In this document: one piece after another, positions 50,493-59,505 of the stretch
Layout: every line of letters begins with the position of its first letter
Position numbering within the stretch: the first letter of the stretch is position 1
Origin: Fidelibacterota bacterium
Lineage (GTDB): Bacteria > Fidelibacterota > UBA8477 > JABMPR01
Direction of reading: 5' to 3'
Assembly (NCBI GenBank): GCA_021734255.1
Contig: JAIPJM010000004.1
Coordinates: 65,345-129,344 of the forward strand
DNA: 64,000 nucleotides
Notes under the pieces: model-generated
Databases searched by the model: none
What the model saw: the letters and a program-made list of their open reading frames with translations, nothing else
Told to the model about the DNA's origin: nothing
Program-made: the position numbers and the translations under genes

Positions 50493-53400
50493 GTGTTATT
50501 ATCAGGTCGAAATATGGGAGACCAGGGACTGGAAATCATGAATGATGGGACAAACACACAGCGCAAGGATCCAGTGGAACATAGCCACCCTGATCTGGAG
50601 TTTCATGTTCGCGGCTTGATCACCGATCAATACGGCCTTCATCTACCCCTCTATACCCTGGAAAATGGGAAGTTTCGGATCGCCTACCATGAGCTACAGA
50701 ATCTGGCGCATCAAATGCAGGCCGACGACCCGGAGACCAGCTTCACAGCCAGAGAACTGCATGGTATGGGCCTGCTCATGCTTATCTCTCACAAAGTCGT
50801 CAGGTTATATAAAAACCAGGTAAATCCCCGGTATATAAGCGATCTGCATGATCATTTATCCACTGAACTGCAGGAGGACCAGCTCCAGGACATGTTGGCA
50901 CGTTTCGTTGAAGCCTTACCAACGGCTGTCTACCGAGCGTCAGAGACCACACCGGAAACATTTCTCAATTCGGAGATAGGGAAGGTAAAAACAAGTGATC
51001 TGGTCACTGAAGAGCTGCTTATCCATCTCCTGGCGCGCGCCAATCCGGCCCTGCAAACGTGCGAGACCATCTTTAAAGACGAATTTCACGAACGTGTCCG
51101 TCAACCGGAAAAGCTATTGGGCATCATTCAGGCAATGACAGACGCTGGGGAAGGATTTGGAGCGGAGGGTAAGAATTTACTGGAGTTGCTCATGGAACCC
51201 ATATTGGCCGCTCCCGACTCTATCTACGATCAGTTGAAATGGATCCAGCAGAACTGGGCTTCCTTCCTGGGGACACACATTAGTGATCTGTTACGCGGTC
51301 TGGATCACTTTGAAGAGGAACGAAAGATTCGTGCCGGTGGTCCTGGCGAGATCACAGGTCCTAGCTATTCAGGGGACCTCATGGATGGTGAATACTACAG
51401 CGCAGATAGCGAGTGGATGCCCCGTGTGGTCATGATCGCCAGAAATTCACTTGTCTGGCTGGACCAGCTCTCCAAAAAATATAAGCAAGAGATAAAAACC
51501 CTGGACGCTATCCCCGATGCCGAACTGGACCTCCTCAAAGATCAGGGGTTTACCGTTTTATGGCTGATCGGGCTTTGGAATCGCAGCAGCATATCCAAGC
51601 AGATCAAGCACTGGTGTGGCAATCCTGATGCTGAATCCTCAGCCTATTCACTCAAGGAGTACAAGATCGACCCCATCCTTGGTGGCGAAGCAGCCCTGGA
51701 AAATTTACGCAAACGCGCCTGGGAGAGAGGCATCCGCCTGGCCAGCGATATGGTCCCCAATCACACTGGCCTGGATGCGAACTGGTTGAAAGACCACCCG
51801 GACTGGTACATCTCAGCTGACCACCCACCGTTTCCATCCTACACCTTTGATGGGGGAGACCTGTCAGAGGATCCGGAGCTCAGTATTCATCTGGAAGACC
51901 ACTACTACACCCGCAGTGATGCTGCTGTGGTATTTAAATATTATGATCATCGGAATGGGCAGACCCGCTATGTCTATCATGGCAATGACGGTACTTCCAT
52001 GCCCTGGAATGACACGGCACAGCTTAATTATTTGAATCCGGAGCTCCGGGAGCAGGTCATCCAGGTCATTCTGGACGTGGCCAGGCAATTCAAGGTGATC
52101 CGTTTTGATGCGGCCATGACCCTGGCCAAACGCCATATCCAGCGACTCTGGTTCCCTGAACCGGGCTCAGGCGGAGATATACCATCGCGTGCTTCCTACA
52201 GCATGAGTGGCGCTGATTTCAATGCTGCCATTCCGGCTGAGTTCTGGCGGGAGGTCGTGGATCGCGTGGCAAAAGAAGTTCCGGATACCCTGCTCCTGGC
52301 TGAAGCCTTTTGGATGATGGAGGGTTACTTCGTCCGCACCCTGGGTATGCACCGCGTCTATAATAGTGCCTTCATGAACATGCTGAAGATGGAGGAGAAT
52401 GCCAAATTCTTCGGGATGATCGCCAGCACCATTGAATTCGACCCCCGCATCCTGCAGCGCTATGTCAACTTTTTAAGTAATCCTGATGAGGATACTGCCA
52501 TTGCCCAATTCGGGAAGGGTGACAAGTATTTTGGGGCTACCATTCTCATGATCACCCTGCCGGGAATGCCCATGTTCGCTCATGCCCAGATCGAAGGCTT
52601 TGAAGAGAAATACGGGATGGAATATCGGCGTGCTTACTGGGATGAATCACCGGATCAGGACCTGGTCCACCGCCATGAAGCCCAGATCTTTCCCCTGATG
52701 AAACAACGCCATCTGTTCGCAGATGCCCAGAATTTCAGGCTGTTTCCCATGACCAACGCAGATGGCAACCGCATCGATAGCGTTTTTGCCTACACCAATC
52801 GTTTTGAGAATGAGCGCTCCCTGGTCGTCGTTAACAATTCATATACCAGTCAGGCCGGGTGGATCAAAGGGTCCACACTGTTTAATCGAGCCCCTGCTGC
52901 CGATCAGGCCGACATGATCACAGAGGACTTGAATGCAGTCCTTATTGAGCCGGGAACCAGCCGTCAGTTCGTTATTTTTCACGAGCAGATCTCCAATCAA
53001 TGGTTCGTTAGGGAGATCCAGCAGCTGCGCGAGCAGGGACTCTACTTGGAACTATCCGGGTATCAATCCCAGGTCTATCTAAATTTCCAGTACGTGGATG
53101 ATTCACTGGATTTCCACTGGACTGAAGTGGCTCAGAGATTGAATGGTGCTGGTGTTCAAGACTTTGCCCATGTTCATAAGCTTATTGAGCTCATCCCTGT
53201 CCATCGATTATTGAAGCATCTGCTCAACCGGATCCAGGAAAAAGAAGATCCGGATGTCCTGGGCGAGATGCTGACCACATTTTCACCCGTATTTGAAGCC
53301 ATGCTGGATATGCTGGGTATATCCCTGCTCCTGGAGGAGATCCAGGATTATTCCAAACGCTTTGAGCAGCGCTATACTGAATTGTCGGCTATTCGCTTTT

Positions 53401-53852
53401 TACGCGATGACGATACAGGCTCGCTGAACACCATCATGGCTTCAGTATTGGCACTCACTGCGCAGGTCCACAGGGCGGTACCCACTCAGCAGGGTAGTGT
53501 TGTGGATGAATTCCAGCTCTTGGAACCCCTGCGTGATACCCTAAGCGTGGAAGAGCTGCAGCGACTGGATGTTTTACCTATTCTGGAATTAACGGACCAA
53601 TTGTTGGCTCATGAGCCTGAAACGCTGGCAGGACTGTGTCAGGATCTGATGCGCACAGCTGAAGCCCAAACATTCCTCCTCATGAACGATGCTGATGGTG
53701 TGACCTGGTTCAAGCAGGAACGCATGGAGCAACTGATCGCTGTCCTGGACCCATTCCTCAAGATCCAACGCCCGGAATGGAAACTGAAAGTCCTCCGATC
53801 GGCTTTGAAAGCCTCGGACTACCAGTTAGATAAATTTCTCGGCAGCCTTTAA
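50493..53852 (+). CDS. Large (1119 aa) alpha-amylase family (GH13) multidomain protein.
   Basis: GH13 conserved regions I (DMVPNHTG), II (VIRFDAAMTL), III (LLLAEAFW) and IV (FLSNPDED) in the central portion. Large N- and C-terminal extensions of unknown function. Confidence 0.7.
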   Translation: MLLSGRNMGDQGLEIMNDGTNTQRKDPVEHSHPDLEFHVRGLITDQYGLHLPLYTLENGKFRIAYHELQNLAHQMQADDPETSFTARELHGMGLLMLISHKVVRLYKNQVNPRYISDLHDHLSTELQEDQLQDMLARFVEALPTAVYRASETTPETFLNSEIGKVKTSDLVTEELLIHLLARANPALQTCETIFKDEFHERVRQPEKLLGIIQAMTDAGEGFGAEGKNLLELLMEPILAAPDSIYDQLKWIQQNWASFLGTHISDLLRGLDHFEEERKIRAGGPGEITGPSYSGDLMDGEYYSADSEWMPRVVMIARNSLVWLDQLSKKYKQEIKTLDAIPDAELDLLKDQGFTVLWLIGLWNRSSISKQIKHWCGNPDAESSAYSLKEYKIDPILGGEAALENLRKRAWERGIRLASDMVPNHTGLDANWLKDHPDWYISADHPPFPSYTFDGGDLSEDPELSIHLEDHYYTRSDAAVVFKYYDHRNGQTRYVYHGNDGTSMPWNDTAQLNYLNPELREQVIQVILDVARQFKVIRFDAAMTLAKRHIQRLWFPEPGSGGDIPSRASYSMSGADFNAAIPAEFWREVVDRVAKEVPDTLLLAEAFWMMEGYFVRTLGMHRVYNSAFMNMLKMEENAKFFGMIASTIEFDPRILQRYVNFLSNPDEDTAIAQFGKGDKYFGATILMITLPGMPMFAHAQIEGFEEKYGMEYRRAYWDESPDQDLVHRHEAQIFPLMKQRHLFADAQNFRLFPMTNADGNRIDSVFAYTNRFENERSLVVVNNSYTSQAGWIKGSTLFNRAPAADQADMITEDLNAVLIEPGTSRQFVIFHEQISNQWFVREIQQLREQGLYLELSGYQSQVYLNFQYVDDSLDFHWTEVAQRLNGAGVQDFAHVHKLIELIPVHRLLKHLLNRIQEKEDPDVLGEMLTTFSPVFEAMLDMLGISLLLEEIQDYSKRFEQRYTELSAIRFLRDDDTGSLNTIMASVLALTAQVHRAVPTQQGSVVDEFQLLEPLRDTLSVEELQRLDVLPILELTDQLLAHEPETLAGLCQDLMRTAEAQTFLLMNDADGVTWFKQERMEQLIAVLDPFLKIQRPEWKLKVLRSALKASDYQLDKFLGSL

Positions 53853-54137
53853 TAACTTTCAACTAAACAGGGATTAATAGCAAACCGTTAAAACGGTTAC
53901 TTGGAGCGCTTAGTATTTTTAACACCTGGCTAAAGCCAGGTGCTAATGAGAACGTGCCAACAGAAAAACTGATGTAGTGGCAATCTCCCGCTAGCACCCA
54001 ACTTTCCTGGCTCGGCGTAGCTCGAACCCCGCCACGGCGGGGGATGAGCGTAGACGGCAGTTGGGTGATTTAACGAGACTATAGACTGGATCAACCATTT
54101 CAACGGTTTATCAACAACACTATGGAGGGGTTGCAAG

Positions 54138-55517
54138 CTACTTCAAGCTGGCCAGGATCTGGGGCAGTATATCCTCAGTCAATTTTCCGGCCGCATTACT
54201 CAAGGATTTGTTGGCTGCAGCCGCATAATTCAGATCGATCCCCTTAACCCGGGAAATAGAATTCTTGTAGATCTCTTTAGCGCTGGTCCTGTCCCGCACA
54301 CTGACACTCACATCAGAAAAAACGGTGTACAGGCCGCTATACTCTGTTCCTGGTGTGGCGGTTGCCTGCAGTTCCATGAACCAGTCAGCCTGAGCTGGTC
54401 CGTCCACAAAATGGAAGCCATTTTCGATGAAGTGGTTTTTCAATTGAGGTTCAATGCGGGGCTGTGCCATTGGTTTGCCATTGTAGATCTCGCTGGTGCT
54501 GAGGAAGATGGTCGGGTTGGTCACCTCGATCATGATCTGAGTCGCAACCTTGGGAACACTGTTGACCAGTCCGGTGACGATGGGAGAGGTCCCCTCAGGG
54601 ATCAACTGATCGGGATCAATACGGATACTGAGAATCTGCAACTTGTCAGCAGCCGTCAAGTGGATGAGAGGGAGGTCTGCCACCCCATTTTCATCTGTTT
54701 GAATCGTCCTGGTCAGCTCTCCTGCGCCCTTGGCAAAGGTGAGTGACAGGGGAACGTTAGCCAGTGCTTTGCCATTGGTATCTCGGACCTGGATCCTGAT
54801 CTGGTCGCGGATGGCTTGTCCCAGCTTGGCTTTAATGGTGCTTGTATTGGGTGTCACTTTGATGTCGCTTAAGATCTGAAACAGAGACTGATTGATCTCG
54901 TTGCTAATAATGACCGGTTCGCCATTAACATTTGCGTTGAGTGCTTCATTCAGGTAAGGGATCAAGGGTGTGAAGGCCTGGAGCAGGGCTTTCAGCTCTG
55001 CATCGAAATCCCCTAAGCCATGCGCTGTCTGGCTTTTGGCATAGAAATCAGTGGCCAGCGCCAGTGCTTCCGCCCGTTTCTGGGCCTGAATGGCCGCGTA
55101 TTTGGCTTTTGAGAGACGGTAGTAGGCGTAATGGTTCCGGGCATCTGACCAGGTGTCCACCAGTTCGTGTCCTTCCAGGTCAGCAACCGCCTGGGAGCGT
55201 GCCGTGGCCATGTACTCATCTGCTGTCATGGCACCGCTCTCAATGATGGTGGTGACAATATCGCTGGTCACTTTCACCGAGATCTGGGAGGCAATATCGG
55301 CCAGAGCCAGGTCCTGGGCACTCTTCTGGGCTTCACTAGCATTGCCTGTATTAGCAGCCGAGCCGATCCCGGTGTAATAGTTGCTATCCACCGGTCGCTG
55401 GATCAACCAGCTCGGTTTGGGTCCAGAGCTACTACCCGATGTTTCTTTGGATGAACTACAGCCTGCCACCAGGAGTAGTGTAGTGACAATTGCTATGAAT
55501 TTGAATTGCAGCTTCAT
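54138..55517 (-). CDS. Hypothetical lipoprotein.
   Basis: MKLQFKFIAIVTTLLLVAGCSSS (lipobox LVAGC). The ORF-track start at 55538 lacks an RBS, so 55517 is preferred. Confidence 0.45.
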   Translation of the reverse strand: MKLQFKFIAIVTTLLLVAGCSSSKETSGSSSGPKPSWLIQRPVDSNYYTGIGSAANTGNASEAQKSAQDLALADIASQISVKVTSDIVTTIIESGAMTADEYMATARSQAVADLEGHELVDTWSDARNHYAYYRLSKAKYAAIQAQKRAEALALATDFYAKSQTAHGLGDFDAELKALLQAFTPLIPYLNEALNANVNGEPVIISNEINQSLFQILSDIKVTPNTSTIKAKLGQAIRDQIRIQVRDTNGKALANVPLSLTFAKGAGELTRTIQTDENGVADLPLIHLTAADKLQILSIRIDPDQLIPEGTSPIVTGLVNSVPKVATQIMIEVTNPTIFLSTSEIYNGKPMAQPRIEPQLKNHFIENGFHFVDGPAQADWFMELQATATPGTEYSGLYTVFSDVSVSVRDRTSAKEIYKNSISRVKGIDLNYAAAANKSLSNAAGKLTEDILPQILASLK

Positions 55518-55773
55518 TGGATCGCCTCGATTATTCATAAGTCTTGTATTGAGTCCAAATTAGTTGGTAGGATTGGTGGATGAAAGCCTCTTTCCCATGT
55601 GCGCTTAATCAAGCCTATCAGAAAGTGCAGTAAAGCTCAGGATGGTTCCATAGGAATTACCTGGAAATGATTTATTTTGAGGCGATTTTTACTGTTGGAG
55701 TGAACTTTGCACATCCAAAGGGGTTAGATGAACAGTTCAACATTTTTACTTACTATTCTTAAAGGAAAATTAC

Positions 55774-56889
55774 ATGCAATTCATTGATTTGGCCAAGCAG
55801 CAGCGTCTGATCAAGGACAAGATCGACCAACGGATACAGGATGTACTGGCCCACGGAAAATATATCATGGGACCGGAAATTCGGGAGATGGAAGCCCAAC
55901 TGGCAGACTATGTTGGAGTCAAGCATTGCGTCAGCTGTGCATCAGGAACAGATGCCTTACTCATGCCGCTCCTGGCCTGGGGCATCGGACCGGGTGATGC
56001 CGTATTTACCACACCTTTTACTTTTATCGCCACGGCTGAAGTGATCCAGTTACTGGGGGCCACCCCGGTGTTTGTGGACATCGATCGGACAAGCTATAAT
56101 ATTGATCCCACGCTTCTGGATGAGGCTATAGAAACGGTCATCGCTGAGGGAAAGCTGAAGCCTAAAGCCATCATCCCCGTTGATCTCTTCGGCCTCCCGG
56201 CTGATTATCCGGCTATTGAAGCCATCGCTCAAAAATATGATATCAAATTGTTGGAAGATGCAGCCCAAGGCTTTGGCGGCCAGATCGGCGACAAATTAGC
56301 CTGTAGCTTTGGTGATGCCGCTTCTACTTCTTTCTTTCCAGCCAAGCCGCTGGGATGCTATGGTGATGGTGGCGCTATTTTTACCGATGATGACGATCTT
56401 TATGAAAAACTGGTCTCCATCCGTGTCCATGGTAAGGGCGGCGACAAATATGACAATGTGCGCATCGGTCTGAATGGCCGCATGGATACCCTTCAGGCCG
56501 CCATTGTTCTGGAAAAGTTTCAGCTTTTTCCCAACGAGGTGACCCTGAGAAATAAAGTAGCCAAGTCCTATAATGAAAAATTAGCTGGTGTGGTGGTGAC
56601 ACCAAGTGTTCCGGATGGCTATCTTTCATCCTGGGCCCAGTACTCCATTCTGGCCAAGGATGCCGAGGACAGGCAGACAATTCAGTCAAAATTAAAAGCA
56701 GCAGACATCCCTTCAGCTATCTATTATCCTAAATCACTGCATCAGCAGACGGCTTTTGCCCATCTGGGGCTGGGCGCCGGGGATTTTCCAGTCAGTGAAG
56801 AGATGAGTCAGCGCATCTTCAGTTTGCCCATGTATCCTTACCTCGAGGAACAAGATATAAAAACCATAACTGAGGTTTTGAAAAGTTAG
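55774..56889 (+). CDS. DegT/DnrJ/EryC1/StrS-family PLP-dependent sugar aminotransferase (WbpE/ArnB-like).
   Basis: YIMGPEIREMEAQLADYVGVKHCVSCASGTDAL and overall length and fold pattern of DegT aminotransferases. Confidence 0.85.
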   Translation: MQFIDLAKQQRLIKDKIDQRIQDVLAHGKYIMGPEIREMEAQLADYVGVKHCVSCASGTDALLMPLLAWGIGPGDAVFTTPFTFIATAEVIQLLGATPVFVDIDRTSYNIDPTLLDEAIETVIAEGKLKPKAIIPVDLFGLPADYPAIEAIAQKYDIKLLEDAAQGFGGQIGDKLACSFGDAASTSFFPAKPLGCYGDGGAIFTDDDDLYEKLVSIRVHGKGGDKYDNVRIGLNGRMDTLQAAIVLEKFQLFPNEVTLRNKVAKSYNEKLAGVVVTPSVPDGYLSSWAQYSILAKDAEDRQTIQSKLKAADIPSAIYYPKSLHQQTAFAHLGLGAGDFPVSEEMSQRIFSLPMYPYLEEQDIKTITEVLKS

Positions 56890-56900
56890 TGGTATAGTCA

Positions 56901-56913
56901 AATGTCCAAAGTC
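56901..56913. repeat. Left arm of a perfect 13-bp inverted repeat flanking the four-helix-bundle gene.
   Basis: aatgtccaaagtc here, gactttggacatt at 57326..57338. Also a short tandem agtcaaa x3 adjacent. Confidence 0.7.
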
Positions 56914-56943
56914 AAAAGTCAAAAGTTCTGAGTTGGGAGTCCC

Positions 56944-57312
56944 TTGGCTAAGGTACAAAGATTTGAGGAATTACGAATTTGGATAGAAGCCAGAGCCCTC
57001 GTCAATGAAGTATATTCGGGCCTGGAAACAAGTGACAAAGGATCGAAAGACTGGGGGTTTAGAAGCCAAATCCAGCAGGCTGCCATTTCAATAATGAATA
57101 ATATTGCTGAGGGGTTTGAAAGGAATTCTGACAAAGATTTTGCTAGATTTCTTGATATGGCTAAAGCCTCATGTGGCGAGGTTCGGAGCATGCTATATCT
57201 TGCGGAAGATCAACAATACTTAGAAAGTAGAATGGCATCAGAGCTGAGAACGAAATCTGAACACATATCTAAGGGAATAGCCACACTAGCAAAACACCTT
57301 AGATCGTCCTAG
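56944..57312 (+). CDS. Four-helix-bundle protein (23S rRNA intervening-sequence-protein family).
   Basis: LRIWIEARALVNEVY...FERNSDKDFARFLDMAKASCGEVRSMLYLA matches the IVS-protein / four-helix-bundle family (TIGR02436-like). Confidence 0.75.
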   Translation: MAKVQRFEELRIWIEARALVNEVYSGLETSDKGSKDWGFRSQIQQAAISIMNNIAEGFERNSDKDFARFLDMAKASCGEVRSMLYLAEDQQYLESRMASELRTKSEHISKGIATLAKHLRSS

Positions 57313-57325
57313 TGGTTCTACTTGT

Positions 57326-57338
57326 GACTTTGGACATT
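57326..57338. repeat. Right arm of the 13-bp inverted repeat flanking the four-helix-bundle gene.
   Basis: gactttggacatt is the reverse complement of 56901..56913. Confidence 0.7.
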
Positions 57339-57393
57339 AGACTTTAGACTCATTTATTTGACGGTAAAAAAAGTAGAGAATTAGAGGAAATAC

Positions 57394-58953
57394 ATGGAGA
57401 AGAAAGTATGCGTAGTGGGAGCCGGTCGTTGGGGGACCAATCATATTAAAACCCTGAATGGCTTAGGAGTGCTTGGCGGTATCGTGGAGAGCCGTGACGA
57501 TCGGCGAGATGAATTGCAGGAACTCTTTCCAGACGTACCCCTGTTCAATACCGTGACAGATGTACCCCTGGATGATTTCGATGGCTTTACAGTAGCAACG
57601 CCAGCAGAGACCCATGTCGATGTGGGCTCATACCTGTTGGAAAATGGGAAACACGTACTCATTGAAAAACCCATCGCCCTGAATACCAAAGATGCTCTGC
57701 ACTTGAAACAACTGGCAGATAAAAACGAAGTCAACCTCATGGTTGGCCATGTCTTGTTGTTCCATCCGGCTATCATCAAGATCAAAGAGCTCATCGAATC
57801 AGGTAAGATCGGCAAGCTGCAGTATATCTACAGCAATCGTGTGAATCTCGGGACGGTCAGAACGGAAGAGAATATTCTCTGGAGTTTTGCCCCCCATGAC
57901 ATATCCATCTTTGAATATTTCATCGGTGCTAATCCAGTTGAAGTGGTGAGCCGCGGTGGTGCATTTTTAACCCCCGGTATTCATGATACAACCATGACCA
58001 CCCTGACCTACCCTGACAATGTGGTGGGTCATATCTTTGTGAGCTGGTTGCATCCCTTCAAAGAACATCGCATGGTCATCATCGGCTCTGGCGGTATGAT
58101 CTCCTTTGAGGATAGTTCCCAGGAGAAGGATATCCTGTTCTATGAGAAGGGGATCGACTGGATCCAGGGCGAACCCATCACACGGGATGGCCCTACCGAA
58201 GTGATCCCCTATGAGAAAGGGTTCCCTTTGACCAATGAACTGCAATATTTCCTGGATCACCTGGATGGCAGCAAAATAGAGATCGCTGATGGTCAGAATG
58301 CCTATGATGTGCTGGATGTGTTGGAAAAGGCGACAATTTCTCTGCAGGGTAAAGCCAATGGGGTCAAACAGGAGGACGCCAGCTCAAAAAAATTCTTCCT
58401 CCACGCCACGAGTGAGGTCGATGCGGGTGTGGACGTGGGTGAAGGGACCAAGATCTGGCACTACTCCCATATTCAGAGTGGCTCGACCCTTGGAAAAAAT
58501 GTCTCTATCGGCCAGAACGTAAACGTAGGCAATAATGTGAAGATCGGCAACAGCGTCAAGATTCAGAATAATGTGTCGGTCTACGAGGGAGTTGAGTTGG
58601 AGGATTATGTTTTCTGTGGACCCTCCATGGTCTTTACCAATATTCAGCGTCCCCGTTCTGAATTCCCTCAGCGCGGAACGGAGTTCTATGCCAAGACCCT
58701 GGTGAAGAAAAGTGCCAGTATCGGTGCCAATGCCACCATTGTCTGTGGCACGACCATCGGTGAGTATGCCTTTATCGGTGCCGGTACGGTGGTCACCAAA
58801 GATGTCCCGGCCTATGCCATGGTCGTCGGTAATCCTGGCCGCATCATTGGTTGGGTAGACAAAAAAGGCTTCAAACTCACCTTCGATGCATCAGGGCTGA
58901 GTGAGTGCAAGAATTATCGCTTATCAGATGATAAAGTCGAGTTTTTAGGTTAG
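57394..58953 (+). CDS. Fusion of a Gfo/Idh/MocA-family NAD-dependent sugar oxidoreductase (WbpB-like) with a hexapeptide-repeat N-acetyltransferase (WbpD/PglD-like).
   Basis: N-terminal Rossmann motif KVCVVGAGRWGTNHI and a GFO_IDH_MocA core. C-terminal left-handed beta-helix hexapeptides (GKNVSIGQNVNVGNNVKIGNSVKIQNNVSV). Confidence 0.75.
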   Translation: MEKKVCVVGAGRWGTNHIKTLNGLGVLGGIVESRDDRRDELQELFPDVPLFNTVTDVPLDDFDGFTVATPAETHVDVGSYLLENGKHVLIEKPIALNTKDALHLKQLADKNEVNLMVGHVLLFHPAIIKIKELIESGKIGKLQYIYSNRVNLGTVRTEENILWSFAPHDISIFEYFIGANPVEVVSRGGAFLTPGIHDTTMTTLTYPDNVVGHIFVSWLHPFKEHRMVIIGSGGMISFEDSSQEKDILFYEKGIDWIQGEPITRDGPTEVIPYEKGFPLTNELQYFLDHLDGSKIEIADGQNAYDVLDVLEKATISLQGKANGVKQEDASSKKFFLHATSEVDAGVDVGEGTKIWHYSHIQSGSTLGKNVSIGQNVNVGNNVKIGNSVKIQNNVSVYEGVELEDYVFCGPSMVFTNIQRPRSEFPQRGTEFYAKTLVKKSASIGANATIVCGTTIGEYAFIGAGTVVTKDVPAYAMVVGNPGRIIGWVDKKGFKLTFDASGLSECKNYRLSDDKVEFLG

Positions 58954-58965
58954 AGAAATGTATTG

Positions 58966-59450
58966 CTCCTCGCAGCGGCGCCCGCCTGCGTATAACTCTG
59001 TGCGGGCAGGCAAGGCTGCAAGAGTATCAAGTAATATTGGATTGATAGGAGATAATCGCAAAAAAGAGCTACTGATAACACAATTTCGAGCCCCGCATTA
59101 TGCGGGGCGAGAAAACCCAATACTATGACAAGCCAGCGAACTTATTTTACATACATACTTTCGAACAAAAACCGACGACTCTATGTTGGCATGACAAATG
59201 ACCTGGATAGGAGAATCGAGGAGCACAAGACAAGCAAAAAGGGATTCGCAGCAGCTTACAAAATGACAAAGCTGGTCTATTATGAAACATTTCCTGGTCC
59301 CAATGAAGCCCTGAGTCGCGAATCGATTATTAAGAAATGGCGAAGAGAGAAAAAAATCGCGTTGATCGAGTCTGTGAATCCAAATTGGCAAGCGCTTGAA
59401 ACGGATGATGGTGCTGGGATTTCTCCCCCGCAACTGGCGGGGTCGAAATT
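58966..59450 (+). mobile_element. GIY-YIG mini-element copy A (long form: ~130-bp 5' leader repeat, 5' hairpin motif, ORF, 3' hairpin motif).
   Basis: The 5' leader cctcgcagcggcgcccgcctgcgtataactctgtgcgggcaggc...acacaatttcgagccccgcattatgcggggcgagaaaacccaa is near-identical to 63138..63298. The 3' motif gggatttctcccccgcaactggcggggtcgaaat is shared with three other copies. Confidence 0.55.
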
Positions 59451-59481
59451 ACATCAATCGAATCACGAAAATCGCAGATGA
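59125..59481 (+). CDS. GIY-YIG nuclease superfamily small protein (paralog 1 of 3).
   Basis: YFTYILSNKNRRLYVGMTNDLDRRIEEHK carries the GIY-YIG core with conserved Arg and Glu. 118 aa. Confidence 0.8.
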   Translation: MTSQRTYFTYILSNKNRRLYVGMTNDLDRRIEEHKTSKKGFAAAYKMTKLVYYETFPGPNEALSRESIIKKWRREKKIALIESVNPNWQALETDDGAGISPPQLAGSKLHQSNHENRR

Positions 59482-59505
59482 TTTTGAACTAAAACGAGAT
59501 CATAG

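Noticed and set aside
53930-54136. 68-aa ORF on the minus strand in the convergent intergenic region. It was also tested as a tRNA, tmRNA, RNase P or SRP RNA locus.
   Set aside because: No RBS or conservation signal. No cloverleaf, T-loop GTTCRANYC in proper context, RNase P P4 (GGAAAGUCCGGGCUCC) or SRP domain IV motif was found. It is kept only as an unexplained structured region.
56911-56927. agtcaaa x3 micro-tandem repeat, considered as a CRISPR-like or binding-site array.
   Set aside because: Only three 7-bp units with no spacers. It is part of the inverted-repeat context of the four-helix-bundle gene. No CRISPR architecture exists anywhere in the window.
59416-59450. 3' motif of the GIY-YIG elements (ctcccccgcaactggcggggtcgaaat), considered as a tRNA 3' fragment or integrase attachment site.
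   Set aside because: It does not fit T-stem/loop geometry (no 5-bp stem around a 7-nt TTCRANY loop) and no integrase is present. It is interpreted as an element-specific terminal hairpin that also encodes the conserved C-terminal GISPPQLAGSK peptide.
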